Part shown: one piece after another, positions 8,096 to 17,941 of the stretch
How the letters are laid out: the number at the start of each line of letters is the position of its first letter
Position numbering within the stretch: position 1 is the stretch's first letter
Assembly: GCA_963666275.2 (NCBI GenBank)
Contig: CAXXOA010000003.1
Location: 1-64,000, forward strand
From: Oceanispirochaeta sp.
Lineage (GTDB): Bacteria; Spirochaetota; Spirochaetia; DSM-2461
Direction: 5' to 3'
DNA: 64,000 nucleotides
Notes under the pieces: model-generated
Seen by the model: only the letters and a program-made list of their open reading frames with translations
Told to the model about the DNA's origin: nothing
Database searches by the model: none
Position numbers and translations under genes: made by a program

Positions 8096-9133
8096 CTAAC
8101 TCAGCTGCTGTTTTTTCAGCTTTCTCTGGGCTTTCATCATTTCCAGCATCTCCGGAATCAATACAGCCATTATAAGCAAAAAGCCTGTGGTAATCACCAT
8201 CACTTTCGCTGAAAGATTCATAAGTCCCATACCGAACTTCAGGTATCCCAGTAGAAAAATTGCCATGATCACTCCGAAGATATTTCCTCTACCGCCTGTG
8301 ATAGAGACGCCTCCCAGGACGACCAGGGTTATGGCTTCCATTTCCCAGCCGTTGGCTATGTTGGGTCTGGTACTTCCGATTCTGGATGTCAGAAGGATCG
8401 CGGCGATTCCGGCAAACAGGCCGTTCAGCGCCAGGTTGGTAAAACGGATCCTTTCTACGGGCACTCCGGAAAACCGGGCGGCTGTACTGGAGTTTCCAAT
8501 GGCATAGACCTTCCTTCCGTAGGATGTTTTGTGCAGAACAAATCCCATTATGCCCGCCAGTATCAGGAACAGAACCAGTTCGAAGGGGATGATCGTATTG
8601 CCGATGTAACCCTGTCCGAAGTAGCCGAAGTTTTCAGGGTAATGGGTAAAGGCTTTGTCTCCCAGAAATGCCTGGGAGATTCCTCGGAAAAAGGAAAGGC
8701 TTCCCAGAGTCACCGCAATGGCGGGGATCTTCAGACCTGTCACAAGGAGTCCGTTGAAAACACCCGCTGCCAGTCCCACAACCAGTCCGATCAGGATCAG
8801 CGCCGGTGTGTCTGCGCCCCGGGAGGAGGCCAGCCCCATAAAGAAAGAGGACAGAGCCATGGTGGATGCCACGGAAATATCAATATCACCGCACATGATT
8901 ACAAAGATCATGGGCAGGGCCAGGATGGCTTTCTCCATAAAGTTGAAGGTCGTATTCAGAAGATTGAAATAATCCAGAAAGTACTGGGTGGTGGAAGAGA
9001 AGAAGACGACGACCCCCATAAAAAGGATGACCAGGATAAACTCCCACTTGGTGGCAAGACCTATCAGTTTTTCTTTTAAACTTGTTTCGTTAAGCAGCCT
9101 AGTCTGGCTGACATGTTTCATGGATGTGCTCAT
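8096..9133 (-). CDS. rhaQ: Rhamnose-type ABC permease
   Basis: RbsC-type IDISV; VVLGGVSITGGRG; operon context. Confidence 0.85.
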   Translation of the reverse strand: MSTSMKHVSQTRLLNETSLKEKLIGLATKWEFILVILFMGVVVFFSSTTQYFLDYFNLLNTTFNFMEKAILALPMIFVIMCGDIDISVASTMALSSFFMGLASSRGADTPALILIGLVVGLAAGVFNGLLVTGLKIPAIAVTLGSLSFFRGISQAFLGDKAFTHYPENFGYFGQGYIGNTIIPFELVLFLILAGIMGFVLHKTSYGRKVYAIGNSSTAARFSGVPVERIRFTNLALNGLFAGIAAILLTSRIGSTRPNIANGWEMEAITLVVLGGVSITGGRGNIFGVIMAIFLLGYLKFGMGLMNLSAKVMVITTGFLLIMAVLIPEMLEMMKAQRKLKKQQLS

Positions 9134-9136
9134 TGG

Positions 9137-10120
9137 TTACCGTCTCCTGTTAAGCAGTTTTTTCTCGTTTCGCATTTCCATCAGCACATTGGCTACAATG
9201 GCTGCCAGGACGACAAAGCCCTGTATTCCCATCTGGTAGAAGGGGGAAAGATTGACAACGGGAAGGGCATTGTTGATGATTCCCAGAAAAAGGGCACCCA
9301 TCACGACTCCTGTCAGGGCTCCGGCTCCACCGGAAAAACTGACTCCTCCCAGAACGCAGGCCGCTACAGTCTGAAGTTCAAACCCCGTGGCAGTTTCGTT
9401 TACCGCGGCGGCATACCGGGCCGTCCACATGACTCCGGCCAGACCGCTCAGGGCACCGCTTATGGTAAAGATCATCAGATTGACCTTTTTTTCGCTGACT
9501 CCGACAAACTTCGCCGCTGTTTTATTGCCGCCGATGGCATAGATTTCTCTGCCGCTGCGGGTGTAGTTGGTAAAGTAGTACATAATAATGAAAACAAGGA
9601 TGGCAAAGATGGTCAGATTCGGTATCAGCAGGAGCCGTCCTTTGGGGATGTTCATATAGGCTTCTGTCATTTCATGGGCCGTCACCCACTGGCCTTTGCT
9701 CATAACGAATGTGAAACCCCGGAAGATACTCATGGTTCCCAGAGTCGTAATGACCGGGGGGATTTTGCCGAAGGCAACGCACACGCCGTTGAATGCTCCC
9801 AGAAGGGTTCCGATCAGGATTCCGATAGCCAGGATCAGAAGAACCGGCATGGATGGATTGTACTGATTTATCATGCTGGCGGCCATTCCCGAAAAGGCGA
9901 TGGTTGAGCCTACGGAAAGGTCGATGCCGCCGGTCAGGATGACAAGGAGCTGTCCTGCCGCCACCATGATCAGGATAGCCGTATCGTTTACAATCCTCTC
10001 AACATTATCCAGATCCAGAAAATGCGGAGCCCTGGTCAATACGACTATCAGTAGTACTGCAATCAGGATTATCAGGTTGAATTCTCTATTCTGAAGGAGT
10101 TTTTCCCATTTTTTTTTCAT
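9137..10120 (-). CDS. rhaP: Rhamnose-type ABC permease
   Basis: GGIDLSVGS, ACVLGGVSFSGG. Confidence 0.85.
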   Translation of the reverse strand: MKKKWEKLLQNREFNLIILIAVLLIVVLTRAPHFLDLDNVERIVNDTAILIMVAAGQLLVILTGGIDLSVGSTIAFSGMAASMINQYNPSMPVLLILAIGILIGTLLGAFNGVCVAFGKIPPVITTLGTMSIFRGFTFVMSKGQWVTAHEMTEAYMNIPKGRLLLIPNLTIFAILVFIIMYYFTNYTRSGREIYAIGGNKTAAKFVGVSEKKVNLMIFTISGALSGLAGVMWTARYAAAVNETATGFELQTVAACVLGGVSFSGGAGALTGVVMGALFLGIINNALPVVNLSPFYQMGIQGFVVLAAIVANVLMEMRNEKKLLNRRR

Positions 10121-11646
10121 TACTTTTTACCTCTGTCATTGGCTTTATCCACTACGTGGCCTGTCGCTGCCAGGATAATGTTGTCGCTGTTGGCTTCCTC
10201 TCTGCTGAAGGTTTCTGTAATTTTTCCCTCGTGCATCACGACAATACGGTCGGCCATTCCCAGAACTTCTGGCATTTCCGAAGATACCAGGATTACCGCC
10301 AGACCGCGGGAGGCCATTTCAGAAACGAAATTATGCACCGCCGCTTTGGTGGCCACATCGATTCCCTTGGTCGGTTCGTCCAGAATAAGGATTTTGGGAT
10401 CCGTAGCCAGCCATTTGGCCAGTACCACTTTCTGCTGGTTTCCACCGGAAAGAGTATCCGCATTCACCTTCCAGCTGGCCGCTTTTATCTCCATTTTATT
10501 TCCGAATTGTTCGGTTATTTCCTTTTCCTTTCGGGAGGATATCACGCTGAATCTGCTGATGCTGTCAATCTGGGGCAGGGTGATATTATGGGTCAGGCTC
10601 ATCTCGAGGATGGCCCCCTGTTCCTGTCTGTCTTCCGGAACAAAGGCGATTCCCTCTTTCATGGCAATCCGGGGAGAACTGATATGAATCTCTTTCCCGT
10701 TGAGTTTGATGGTACCTTCTGATTTTTTATCTATTCCGAAAATGGTCCGCATCACTTCCGAACGGCCTGCACCGACCAGTCCGAAGAAGCCCAGGATCTC
10801 TCCCTTGTGGAGGGAGAAGGAGACGTTTTTGAAGTATCCCGGAAGGGACATGTTTTCCACTTCCATGACTGTTTCACCGATTACAGCTTCCTGTTTGGGA
10901 AACATCTGATCCAGAGACCGTCCCACCATCATGGTGACGATTTCATCAATCGTGGATTTAGCGACCTCTCCTTCGCCGATATACTGTCCGTCACGGAAAA
11001 CCGTATAATGGTCACAGATATCAAAGATCTCTTCGAACTTATGAGAGATAAAAACGATGGCTTTTCCTTCTTTCTTCAGCTGCCGGATAATCTTGTAAAG
11101 CTCTTCCACTTCTTTCATGGAAAGGGCGGATGTGGGTTCGTCCATGATCACGACTTTGGCATCAACCGACAGGGCTTTGGCAATTTCAACCATATGCCTC
11201 TGGGCGGTTCCCAGATTCTTGATCAGTGTATCCGGACTGATATCCAGCTCCAGACGATCAAGCAGCTCTTTCGTATGACGTCTCATGGTTTTCCAGTCCA
11301 GAGGGGAGAAGGCCCCGCCTTTTTTGGTATGATGTCCCATGTAGATGTTTTCTGCTACGGAAAGTTCAGAAAACATGGACGCTTCCTGATGAATAGCCAC
11401 AACTCCAGCCGCCTGGGCATCATGAGAGGTCCTGAATACCTCTTCTTTCCCGTTCATCAGTATCTGTCCCCTAGTGGGGTGGTAAATCCCCGTCATAATT
11501 TTTACCAGGGTGGATTTTCCCGCTCCATTTTCACCTATAAGGGCATGAACCTCTCCGGTCCGAATGGTAAAATCCACATTGTCCAGGGCTTTGATCCCGG
11601 GAAAATATTTTGCTATACCTTTTAATTCCAATATTGTTTCTTTCAA
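10120..11646 (-). CDS. rhaT: Sugar ABC ATPase (two domains)
   Basis: GENGAGKST, LSGGNQQKV; TTG 11646 follows AAGGAGA. Confidence 0.9.
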   Translation of the reverse strand: MKETILELKGIAKYFPGIKALDNVDFTIRTGEVHALIGENGAGKSTLVKIMTGIYHPTRGQILMNGKEEVFRTSHDAQAAGVVAIHQEASMFSELSVAENIYMGHHTKKGGAFSPLDWKTMRRHTKELLDRLELDISPDTLIKNLGTAQRHMVEIAKALSVDAKVVIMDEPTSALSMKEVEELYKIIRQLKKEGKAIVFISHKFEEIFDICDHYTVFRDGQYIGEGEVAKSTIDEIVTMMVGRSLDQMFPKQEAVIGETVMEVENMSLPGYFKNVSFSLHKGEILGFFGLVGAGRSEVMRTIFGIDKKSEGTIKLNGKEIHISSPRIAMKEGIAFVPEDRQEQGAILEMSLTHNITLPQIDSISRFSVISSRKEKEITEQFGNKMEIKAASWKVNADTLSGGNQQKVVLAKWLATDPKILILDEPTKGIDVATKAAVHNFVSEMASRGLAVILVSSEMPEVLGMADRIVVMHEGKITETFSREEANSDNIILAATGHVVDKANDRGKK

Positions 11647-11712
11647 AACACAGCTCTCCTTAAGGGTTTGCCTCAAAAACCTGATGTCCCAGGTTGTTCA
11701 GGGAAGCCCTTT

Positions 11713-11797
11713 CCCCCCTTTGGCTCCGCTCAGGGAGCGAAAGGCGGGTCATTGTCTCCCCTCGCTCGCCCGGTCCCTGAGCGGAGCCGAAGGGGGG
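11713..11797. repeat. REP-like inverted repeat
   Basis: CCCCCCTTTGGCTCCGCTCAGGGA ... TCCCTGAGCGGAGCCGAAGGGGGG. Confidence 0.75.
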
Positions 11798-11837
11798 GGT
11801 GAGGATCGAAAATGCTTTTCTGATCCTCACCTTTTTT
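11798..11837. terminator. Stem-loop downstream of the binding-protein gene
   Basis: GGTGAGGATC...GATCCTCACC with a T-run on the + side. Confidence 0.6.
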
Positions 11838-11851
11838 GTTTAAAATGTTTC

Positions 11852-12868
11852 TTAGAAAATAGAAGCGAAGTCGGCGATGTTGTCTTTGTTGAATACAAAG
11901 GGTTCGCCCATGATGGAGTTTCCGTCAGGTCCGATAGTGATGGTTCCCATTCTTCCGGCGTCAACTTTGTCGCCGGGTTTGCCTTCGATATCTCCGGCAA
12001 TCATTCTTTCCAGAATATAGGTGGCAGAATAACCAAGATCTACAGGATTCCACAGAGCCATCTGTCCACAGGTTCCATTTTCAATGTAGTGCTGCATTTC
12101 AGAGGGAAGTCCCAGACCGGTGATCTGAACCTGTCCCTGAAGTCCTTCGTCTTCAATCGCTTTGGACGCTGCCAGGATACCTACGGTTGTGGGAGAGATA
12201 ATACCGGCCAGGTCGGGATATTTTTTGAAGAGGCCAACAGCTTCTCTGTAGCTCTTATCTGCTGCATCGTCACCGTAAACAACATCAACCAGTTCCATGT
12301 CTTTGTATTCGGGAGCTTTGATAGCTTCTTTCATAACAGCGATCCATGCATTCTGGTTGGTTGCCTGAGCTGTGGCGGAAAGGATGGCGATTTTTCCTTT
12401 GTAGTCGCAGAGTTCTGCAATGAGTTTGATCTGCTGGGCACCGATCAGGTCTGTATCAGAAGGAGCCAGAGCGACTTCCCGGCCGCCGGAAGAGATATTG
12501 GAGTCAAATGAGATGACCCGGATACCGGCTTTCATGGCTTTCTTGGTAACAGGAATAAGAGCATCAGGGTCATTGGCGGAAATAGCGATACCGTCAACTC
12601 TCTGAGCTATCAGTGTTTCTATAATTTCAATCTGACCTTCTGCTGTGGCAGTACTCGGTCCCATATAGATGGATTCAACATTTCCCAGTTCTCCAGCAGC
12701 TTCGACCCCTCCGTCCGCTACTGCTTCAAAAAATCCATTACCGAGGCTTTTAACAAGAAGGACAATTTTATGGTTGTCATCAGCTGCGGCTTCCTGCCCG
12801 CCGGCGGCATACAGGAATCCTGAGAAAAGGCTCAGAATCAGTAAGAAAAGAATTGCTTTGGATTTCAT
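11852..12868 (-). CDS. Rhamnose ABC substrate-binding protein
   Basis: Signal peptide ending AGGQE; VKSLGNGFF, LWNPVDLGY; linked to rhaM. Confidence 0.88.
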   Translation of the reverse strand: MKSKAILFLLILSLFSGFLYAAGGQEAAADDNHKIVLLVKSLGNGFFEAVADGGVEAAGELGNVESIYMGPSTATAEGQIEIIETLIAQRVDGIAISANDPDALIPVTKKAMKAGIRVISFDSNISSGGREVALAPSDTDLIGAQQIKLIAELCDYKGKIAILSATAQATNQNAWIAVMKEAIKAPEYKDMELVDVVYGDDAADKSYREAVGLFKKYPDLAGIISPTTVGILAASKAIEDEGLQGQVQITGLGLPSEMQHYIENGTCGQMALWNPVDLGYSATYILERMIAGDIEGKPGDKVDAGRMGTITIGPDGNSIMGEPFVFNKDNIADFASIF

Positions 12869-12939
12869 TCTAGAATCTCCTTTTTGATTGATCTGAATTT
12901 ATGGTACACCCTGTTTCTGAAAGTGCCATAGGACGGAAT

Positions 12940-12967
12940 TCTACAATAAGGGGCTGAAATCTACAAT
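12940..12967. promoter_or_regulatory. Direct repeat TCTACAAT x2 (20-bp period), candidate AraC-type activator site
   Basis: Upstream of a minus-strand -10 (TACCAT at 12901-12906) with a poor -35. Confidence 0.4.
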
Positions 12968-13117
12968 TTCCTTTTTGCTTTTCCTGTGCTTAAGATATGC
13001 TTTCGTTTTTATTTTATCGGGGTTTTGAAATGCCGGATTATCTCTTTGACTTCCTTTTTATTCCCAGCTGTTTTACAATTCTAAGCACATTTCATTGATA
13101 TAAAAGGCAGGCCCTGT

Positions 13118-14479
13118 ATGGTATATGATATTGTTATTAAGAACGGAAAAATTGTGACAGCTTCCGGTTCCTATTATGCGGACCTGGGTATTTCGGGAGA
13201 GAAAATCACAGCCATCGGCGAAAATCTGGAAGGACAGCGCAGCATTGATGCATCAGGCTGTCTGGTGACTCCCGGTGCTGTGGATACCCATGTCCATCTG
13301 GAAATGCCCATAGGGAAATACACGTCCACCGATGATTTCCTTTCAGGATCCAGAGCCGCCGCAATGGGCGGAACAACCACTTTTATTGACTTCGTGGAAC
13401 CCGAAGAGAAAGAATCTCTCCTGGAGGCTCTGCAGAAGAGAAAAGCGGCGGCGGAGAAAAAGTCCGTCATAGACTACCGGTTTCATATGACCATAGGCCC
13501 CCCCGAACTGGATAAACTGGACCAGGTTCCCCTTGTATATGAAGAGGGCTGTCAGAGCTTCAAACTCTATATGGCCTACGGACTCAAGCTGAATGACGGA
13601 GAACTCTACAAAGCTCTGGAGGCCATCGGTCAGGCCGGGGGGCTGCCAGTTGTCCATGCGGAAAACTGGGACATCATCACCACCTTGATAGAGAAGAATC
13701 TGGCCCTGGGAAATACGGAACCCCGCTGGCATCCCCGGAGCCGGCCGGCTGAGTTTGAAGCTCAGGCTGTGGCCCAGGTCATATCCATAGCCTCCTATGT
13801 GGATACTCCGGTTCATATCTTTCATATTTCCTGCCCCGAAGCGATTGAACAGGTCGTGGCGGCAAAGGAAATGGGCCACCCTGTCACCGGGGAAACCTGT
13901 CCCCAGTACCTCTTTCTCAACTGGGATCTCTTTGAGCGGGAAGGGGTGGAAGGGGCCCTACCCGTCTGTTCTCCTCCCATCCGCAGCCAGGAGGCTCAGG
14001 ACGGATTGTGGGCCTATATGAGCGGCGGTTCCTTTGATACCATCTCGACAGATCACTGTCCCTTCTGCCGCAGCGAAAAAGAGGCGGACATGAGCCAGTT
14101 CAACAGGATTCCCGGAGGAGTCCCCTCCATTGAAATGCGCTTCCCCGCGATCTATTCCAAAGGAGTGGGCGAAGGATTTATAACAGAAAATGAATGGGTG
14201 AATCTGTGCTGCACCTCTCCTGCAAAGCTTTTCGGGCTGAAGGAGAAGGGAGATATCCGGGTCGGAATGGATGCGGACATTGTGGTCTTTGATCCTGAAA
14301 AGAAGAAAACCCTGTCTACTGAAACCCTTCATGAGGAAGCGGACTGGACTCCCTATGAGGGACTGGAGATCACCGGCTGGCCTGTATTCACCCTCAGCCG
14401 GGGAGAAGTCATTGTGGAAAATGAGACTTTTTCAGGAGAACAGGGACGGGGCAGATACCTTAAGGATTTTGCCCGTTAG
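13118..14479 (+). CDS. hydA: Dihydropyrimidinase/D-hydantoinase
   Basis: PGAVDTHVHL, SFKLYMAY, VHAEN, STDHCPF. Confidence 0.92.
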   Translation: MVYDIVIKNGKIVTASGSYYADLGISGEKITAIGENLEGQRSIDASGCLVTPGAVDTHVHLEMPIGKYTSTDDFLSGSRAAAMGGTTTFIDFVEPEEKESLLEALQKRKAAAEKKSVIDYRFHMTIGPPELDKLDQVPLVYEEGCQSFKLYMAYGLKLNDGELYKALEAIGQAGGLPVVHAENWDIITTLIEKNLALGNTEPRWHPRSRPAEFEAQAVAQVISIASYVDTPVHIFHISCPEAIEQVVAAKEMGHPVTGETCPQYLFLNWDLFEREGVEGALPVCSPPIRSQEAQDGLWAYMSGGSFDTISTDHCPFCRSEKEADMSQFNRIPGGVPSIEMRFPAIYSKGVGEGFITENEWVNLCCTSPAKLFGLKEKGDIRVGMDADIVVFDPEKKKTLSTETLHEEADWTPYEGLEITGWPVFTLSRGEVIVENETFSGEQGRGRYLKDFAR

Positions 14480-15891
14480 ACCCTGTACTTCCTGATATAC
14501 TCCGTCGGAGTCAGGCCGGTTTCCTGACGGAACAGTCCGGAAAAATGCCGGCTTGAGTGATATCCGACCTGCTGGGTTATCTCCTTTATGTTCAGATTGG
14601 TCTCTTTGAGAAGCTGACGGGCCTTGTTCATACGGATCTCGGTTATGTATCTGGTAAAGGGGATCCCTGTGTGTTTATGAAACAGGGAACTCAGATAGTT
14701 CGGGGTGACCTGGAGCTTATAGGCAATCTGGGCGATCCCTGTCTCTTTATTGTACTCCTCCCGGATGATTCTGAGGGCCTGCTGCACCAGTATGGAGGAG
14801 CCGTCCTGGGGATCCTCCTCTCTTTCTCCCGAAAAGCTCTGGAGCAGATCCTGAAAAGAGCGGATTTCCGCCAGATCCGGCAGAAGGGAGAGGAAGAAGC
14901 TGCGGGCATGCTCCTCCTGCGGCCCGTTCAGGGGAGATTCCATCTCTTTCAGTTCCTGAAGCAGTTCATTCAGCTCTGTTTTCCGGGCGGACCCCGCCAG
15001 GTTCAGCAGGTTTTCCAGTTTACCGCTGTATTCGAGAACCTCCTGACTCACCGGGTCAGACAGATTCTGAGGGGAGGTCAGCAGGCGGAGGGACGCTGTG
15101 GATTCGGCCTTTTCCAGCGCTTGAGTGTACTCCCGGAAGGAGTGTTTTTCTTCAACTGGGATAAAGGTCAGTTTCAGTTCTTTCCGGGAGAGTTTCATTT
15201 CCTGAAGAATCTTTGTCATCCCGGGAACAGGAGAGGCGCTTTCCCCCTCTCCGAAAACTGTTATTTCCAGTTTACCGCTGTCCGTGGTGGTTAATGCCCC
15301 CCGGCATCCCCGGTTCAGAGATGAAAGGAACTCTTCTCTGAGGGATATGCTCAAACGGGTCTGTTCCTTCAGAGTCTCTTTCTGGCTCAGTCCGCTGTCC
15401 AGGCAGACCAGCCAGCCGTACCAGATGCCTTCCTCCGTAAAAAGAGGATCGTATTCGGGAGCGCTTGTGTTATTGAATACCCAGGTCAGCTTCCGTTCAA
15501 AATCAATGTGCCGGGCCTGCCTTTTCTCTTTGATCTTATCCGCTGCCTTGTGAAGGACCTTTGCCAGTTCCTCCGGTGAGGGCGGTTTCACAAGATAGTC
15601 TTCTGCGCCGAGCTGCAGTGCCTTCCGGGCAAATTCAAAGTCCGCATGGCCTGTCAGGATAATCCACAGTGTCTCAATATCCGAGAGTTCCTCCATGGCT
15701 TCCAGTCCGGATTTACCGGGCATTTTTATATCCACAAGCGCCAGGTCCGGAACCTCCTCCCGGCACATTTCGATGACCTGATTTCCAGAGGCGGCTTCTC
15801 TTATCCCGGAGAAGTCGATTCCGCTCTCCCGGATCATGTCGCGAATGGAGAAGCGGATCAGTTGTTCGTCATCGGCAATAAGCAGAGTCAT
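14476..15891 (-). CDS. Response regulator, receiver + AraC HTH (YesN-like)
   Basis: LIADDE, DIKMP, C-terminal AraC motif. Confidence 0.92.
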   Translation of the reverse strand: MTLLIADDEQLIRFSIRDMIRESGIDFSGIREAASGNQVIEMCREEVPDLALVDIKMPGKSGLEAMEELSDIETLWIILTGHADFEFARKALQLGAEDYLVKPPSPEELAKVLHKAADKIKEKRQARHIDFERKLTWVFNNTSAPEYDPLFTEEGIWYGWLVCLDSGLSQKETLKEQTRLSISLREEFLSSLNRGCRGALTTTDSGKLEITVFGEGESASPVPGMTKILQEMKLSRKELKLTFIPVEEKHSFREYTQALEKAESTASLRLLTSPQNLSDPVSQEVLEYSGKLENLLNLAGSARKTELNELLQELKEMESPLNGPQEEHARSFFLSLLPDLAEIRSFQDLLQSFSGEREEDPQDGSSILVQQALRIIREEYNKETGIAQIAYKLQVTPNYLSSLFHKHTGIPFTRYITEIRMNKARQLLKETNLNIKEITQQVGYHSSRHFSGLFRQETGLTPTEYIRKYRV

Positions 15892-17852
15892 AGTATCTCC
15901 TCCCGGGGGGGCTGGATGGTTAAGGTTATTTTTGTTCCCCTGCCGGGTTCCGAGCTGATCTGGAATTCCGAACCGGGATAGGTCATAGAGAGCCTCTCTG
16001 TGACATTTCTGAGTCCCACACTGGAATTCAGCGGGCTTCGGGGCTGATCAAAGCCGATTCCTGTATCTTCCAGAATCAGAAGGATCCTGTTCTCTCCCCT
16101 CTTTCCCTCCAGAGTCAGGGATCCTCCCTCCTCCAGTGGCTCCAGCCCGTGGATAATGCTGTTTTCCACAAGGGGCTGCAGAAGGAGTTTTGGGATTCGG
16201 AAGCTCCGTATCTCTTCATCCAGGTTCAGGCTGTAGTTCAGCCTCTCCCCGAAGCGGATTTTCTGAAGTTCGCAGTAACTTGTCAGGAAATTGAACTCCT
16301 CCTCAATGGTGGTCCAGCGATTCTGATCGGTCACATAGCGGAGCATCTCCCTGAGAGATAGGATAGCCTTTTCCAGACGGTCTTTGTACCCCATCCGGTT
16401 CAGACCGATAAAGCCGTTGAGAACATTGTATATGAAATGGGGCTGCACCTGAGACTGCAGGGCATTGTATTCGGCCTCTCTTTTCTCAAGGAGCTGAATG
16501 TACTGGGTGTGGTTATCCAGCGAAAGAGCCACGTATTCGGCAAAGTTCCGCATCCTTGTGATTCCCAGGTCGGAGAAGCCGCTGCCGGGAGTGAATATAA
16601 ACGCGGCCAGAAGGCCCCGGACCTCTTCCCGCATGATAAGAGGAATGGTCATGGCCGCTGTAGGATGAATCCGGGAGTCGTAAAGGTCTTTTTCAAGGAC
16701 CTCTCTGCCGGATCTCTCTATCAGAGGTTTCTGTCTTTTGGTCGCTGAACCCGTAATGCTGGAGCCGCTGAGACGGGGAACAAGGCCGGTCTCGGTTCCT
16801 TCTTCCGCCTGGAGCAGGAACTGATCCTCCAGGGGGTCGTACAGGTAGATCGCCGCCGTTTCCGCTGCGGTGTCGTTGATAATGGTCCGGGTGATCAGAT
16901 TCATCATCTCCTCCCGGCTGCTGCCCTCCGCCAGAGTATGTCCCATATCTCTTGTGAGGTTCAGGATGCTGTTGACGTTTTCTTTCAGATCGACCGAAAG
17001 GGCATTGATGTGGAGGATCAGCGAGGACAGTTCGTCCCTGTCTTCCGGAGCATGGCTGGCACTGAAATCCCCCCGGGATATTTTTCTGAAAGAGTGTTCC
17101 ACCAGGGAAATCTTACTTATGATCTCCCTGGACAGCAGTGTGGAATAGATGACCGATACCAGGCCGGAGGCAAGGCTGACAATCAGGAAAAGGATATAAA
17201 GCTGCCGCTCCAGCCGGAGACTCTGCTTCTGAAAGGACGTGAAGAAGTGGTTCATGAAACTTTCAAAGGTATTGGTGAAATAGTAGGAGGTTTCCCTGAA
17301 TTCCTGAAAAAAGGGAACCAGAGATTCATCCTTCTGCATGGCGTTGTAGAGGCTCTCCCCTTCCAGGTTTATCTCCTGAAGTTTCAGAAGAATCGATGAC
17401 ATGGTGTCCAGTTTCTCCCGGGCTTTCTCATTCAGGGTCAGCGCTGTGGTATAGATGTCCTGGAGTTCCTCGTCCTGGAGGATCCTTAGTTCCCTGGCAC
17501 TCACAAAATCCAGGAAGGTTCTCTGGTATTCATCCACAGCCTTCTGGAAGGTTTTATAGGTGGCAACAGAACGGGGCGAGTAGGTGAGGGAGCGGATCTG
17601 GTTGTACATATTGTGGGAGAACAGATCAAAAATGATATCCTTCATCAGCCCCATAACCCTCTGGGACTGGTTCAGAAGTTTCTGTCCTTCGATGGTTGTC
17701 TGATGAAGTCTCTGCATGCGGTTCCAGTTCCACAGGGAGAGACCGATGATAGAAATCAAAGTGAAAAATAACATTAATGTAAGAATTGATAACTTTTTCC
17801 GTATTTTCATAGATTTTACCCGGTTGAAAGGTCGTCTCTGATTTTTTTTCAT
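15888..17852 (-). CDS. Sensor histidine kinase (YesM/LytS type) with HAMP and GAF-like domains; start may be 17810
   Basis: 2 TM segments, LQSQVQPHFIYNVLN, LQPLVENSIIHG. Confidence 0.9.
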   Translation of the reverse strand: MKKNQRRPFNRVKSMKIRKKLSILTLMLFFTLISIIGLSLWNWNRMQRLHQTTIEGQKLLNQSQRVMGLMKDIIFDLFSHNMYNQIRSLTYSPRSVATYKTFQKAVDEYQRTFLDFVSARELRILQDEELQDIYTTALTLNEKAREKLDTMSSILLKLQEINLEGESLYNAMQKDESLVPFFQEFRETSYYFTNTFESFMNHFFTSFQKQSLRLERQLYILFLIVSLASGLVSVIYSTLLSREIISKISLVEHSFRKISRGDFSASHAPEDRDELSSLILHINALSVDLKENVNSILNLTRDMGHTLAEGSSREEMMNLITRTIINDTAAETAAIYLYDPLEDQFLLQAEEGTETGLVPRLSGSSITGSATKRQKPLIERSGREVLEKDLYDSRIHPTAAMTIPLIMREEVRGLLAAFIFTPGSGFSDLGITRMRNFAEYVALSLDNHTQYIQLLEKREAEYNALQSQVQPHFIYNVLNGFIGLNRMGYKDRLEKAILSLREMLRYVTDQNRWTTIEEEFNFLTSYCELQKIRFGERLNYSLNLDEEIRSFRIPKLLLQPLVENSIIHGLEPLEEGGSLTLEGKRGENRILLILEDTGIGFDQPRSPLNSSVGLRNVTERLSMTYPGSEFQISSEPGRGTKITLTIQPPREEIL

Positions 17853-17941
17853 CCTTCGTTTTTTTTGGCTTGCCTGGCTTTCCCGGTCAGTATACCATTT
17901 TATCCCGAAAGAAGAATATTTTAAAAATACAAAGGAAAATC

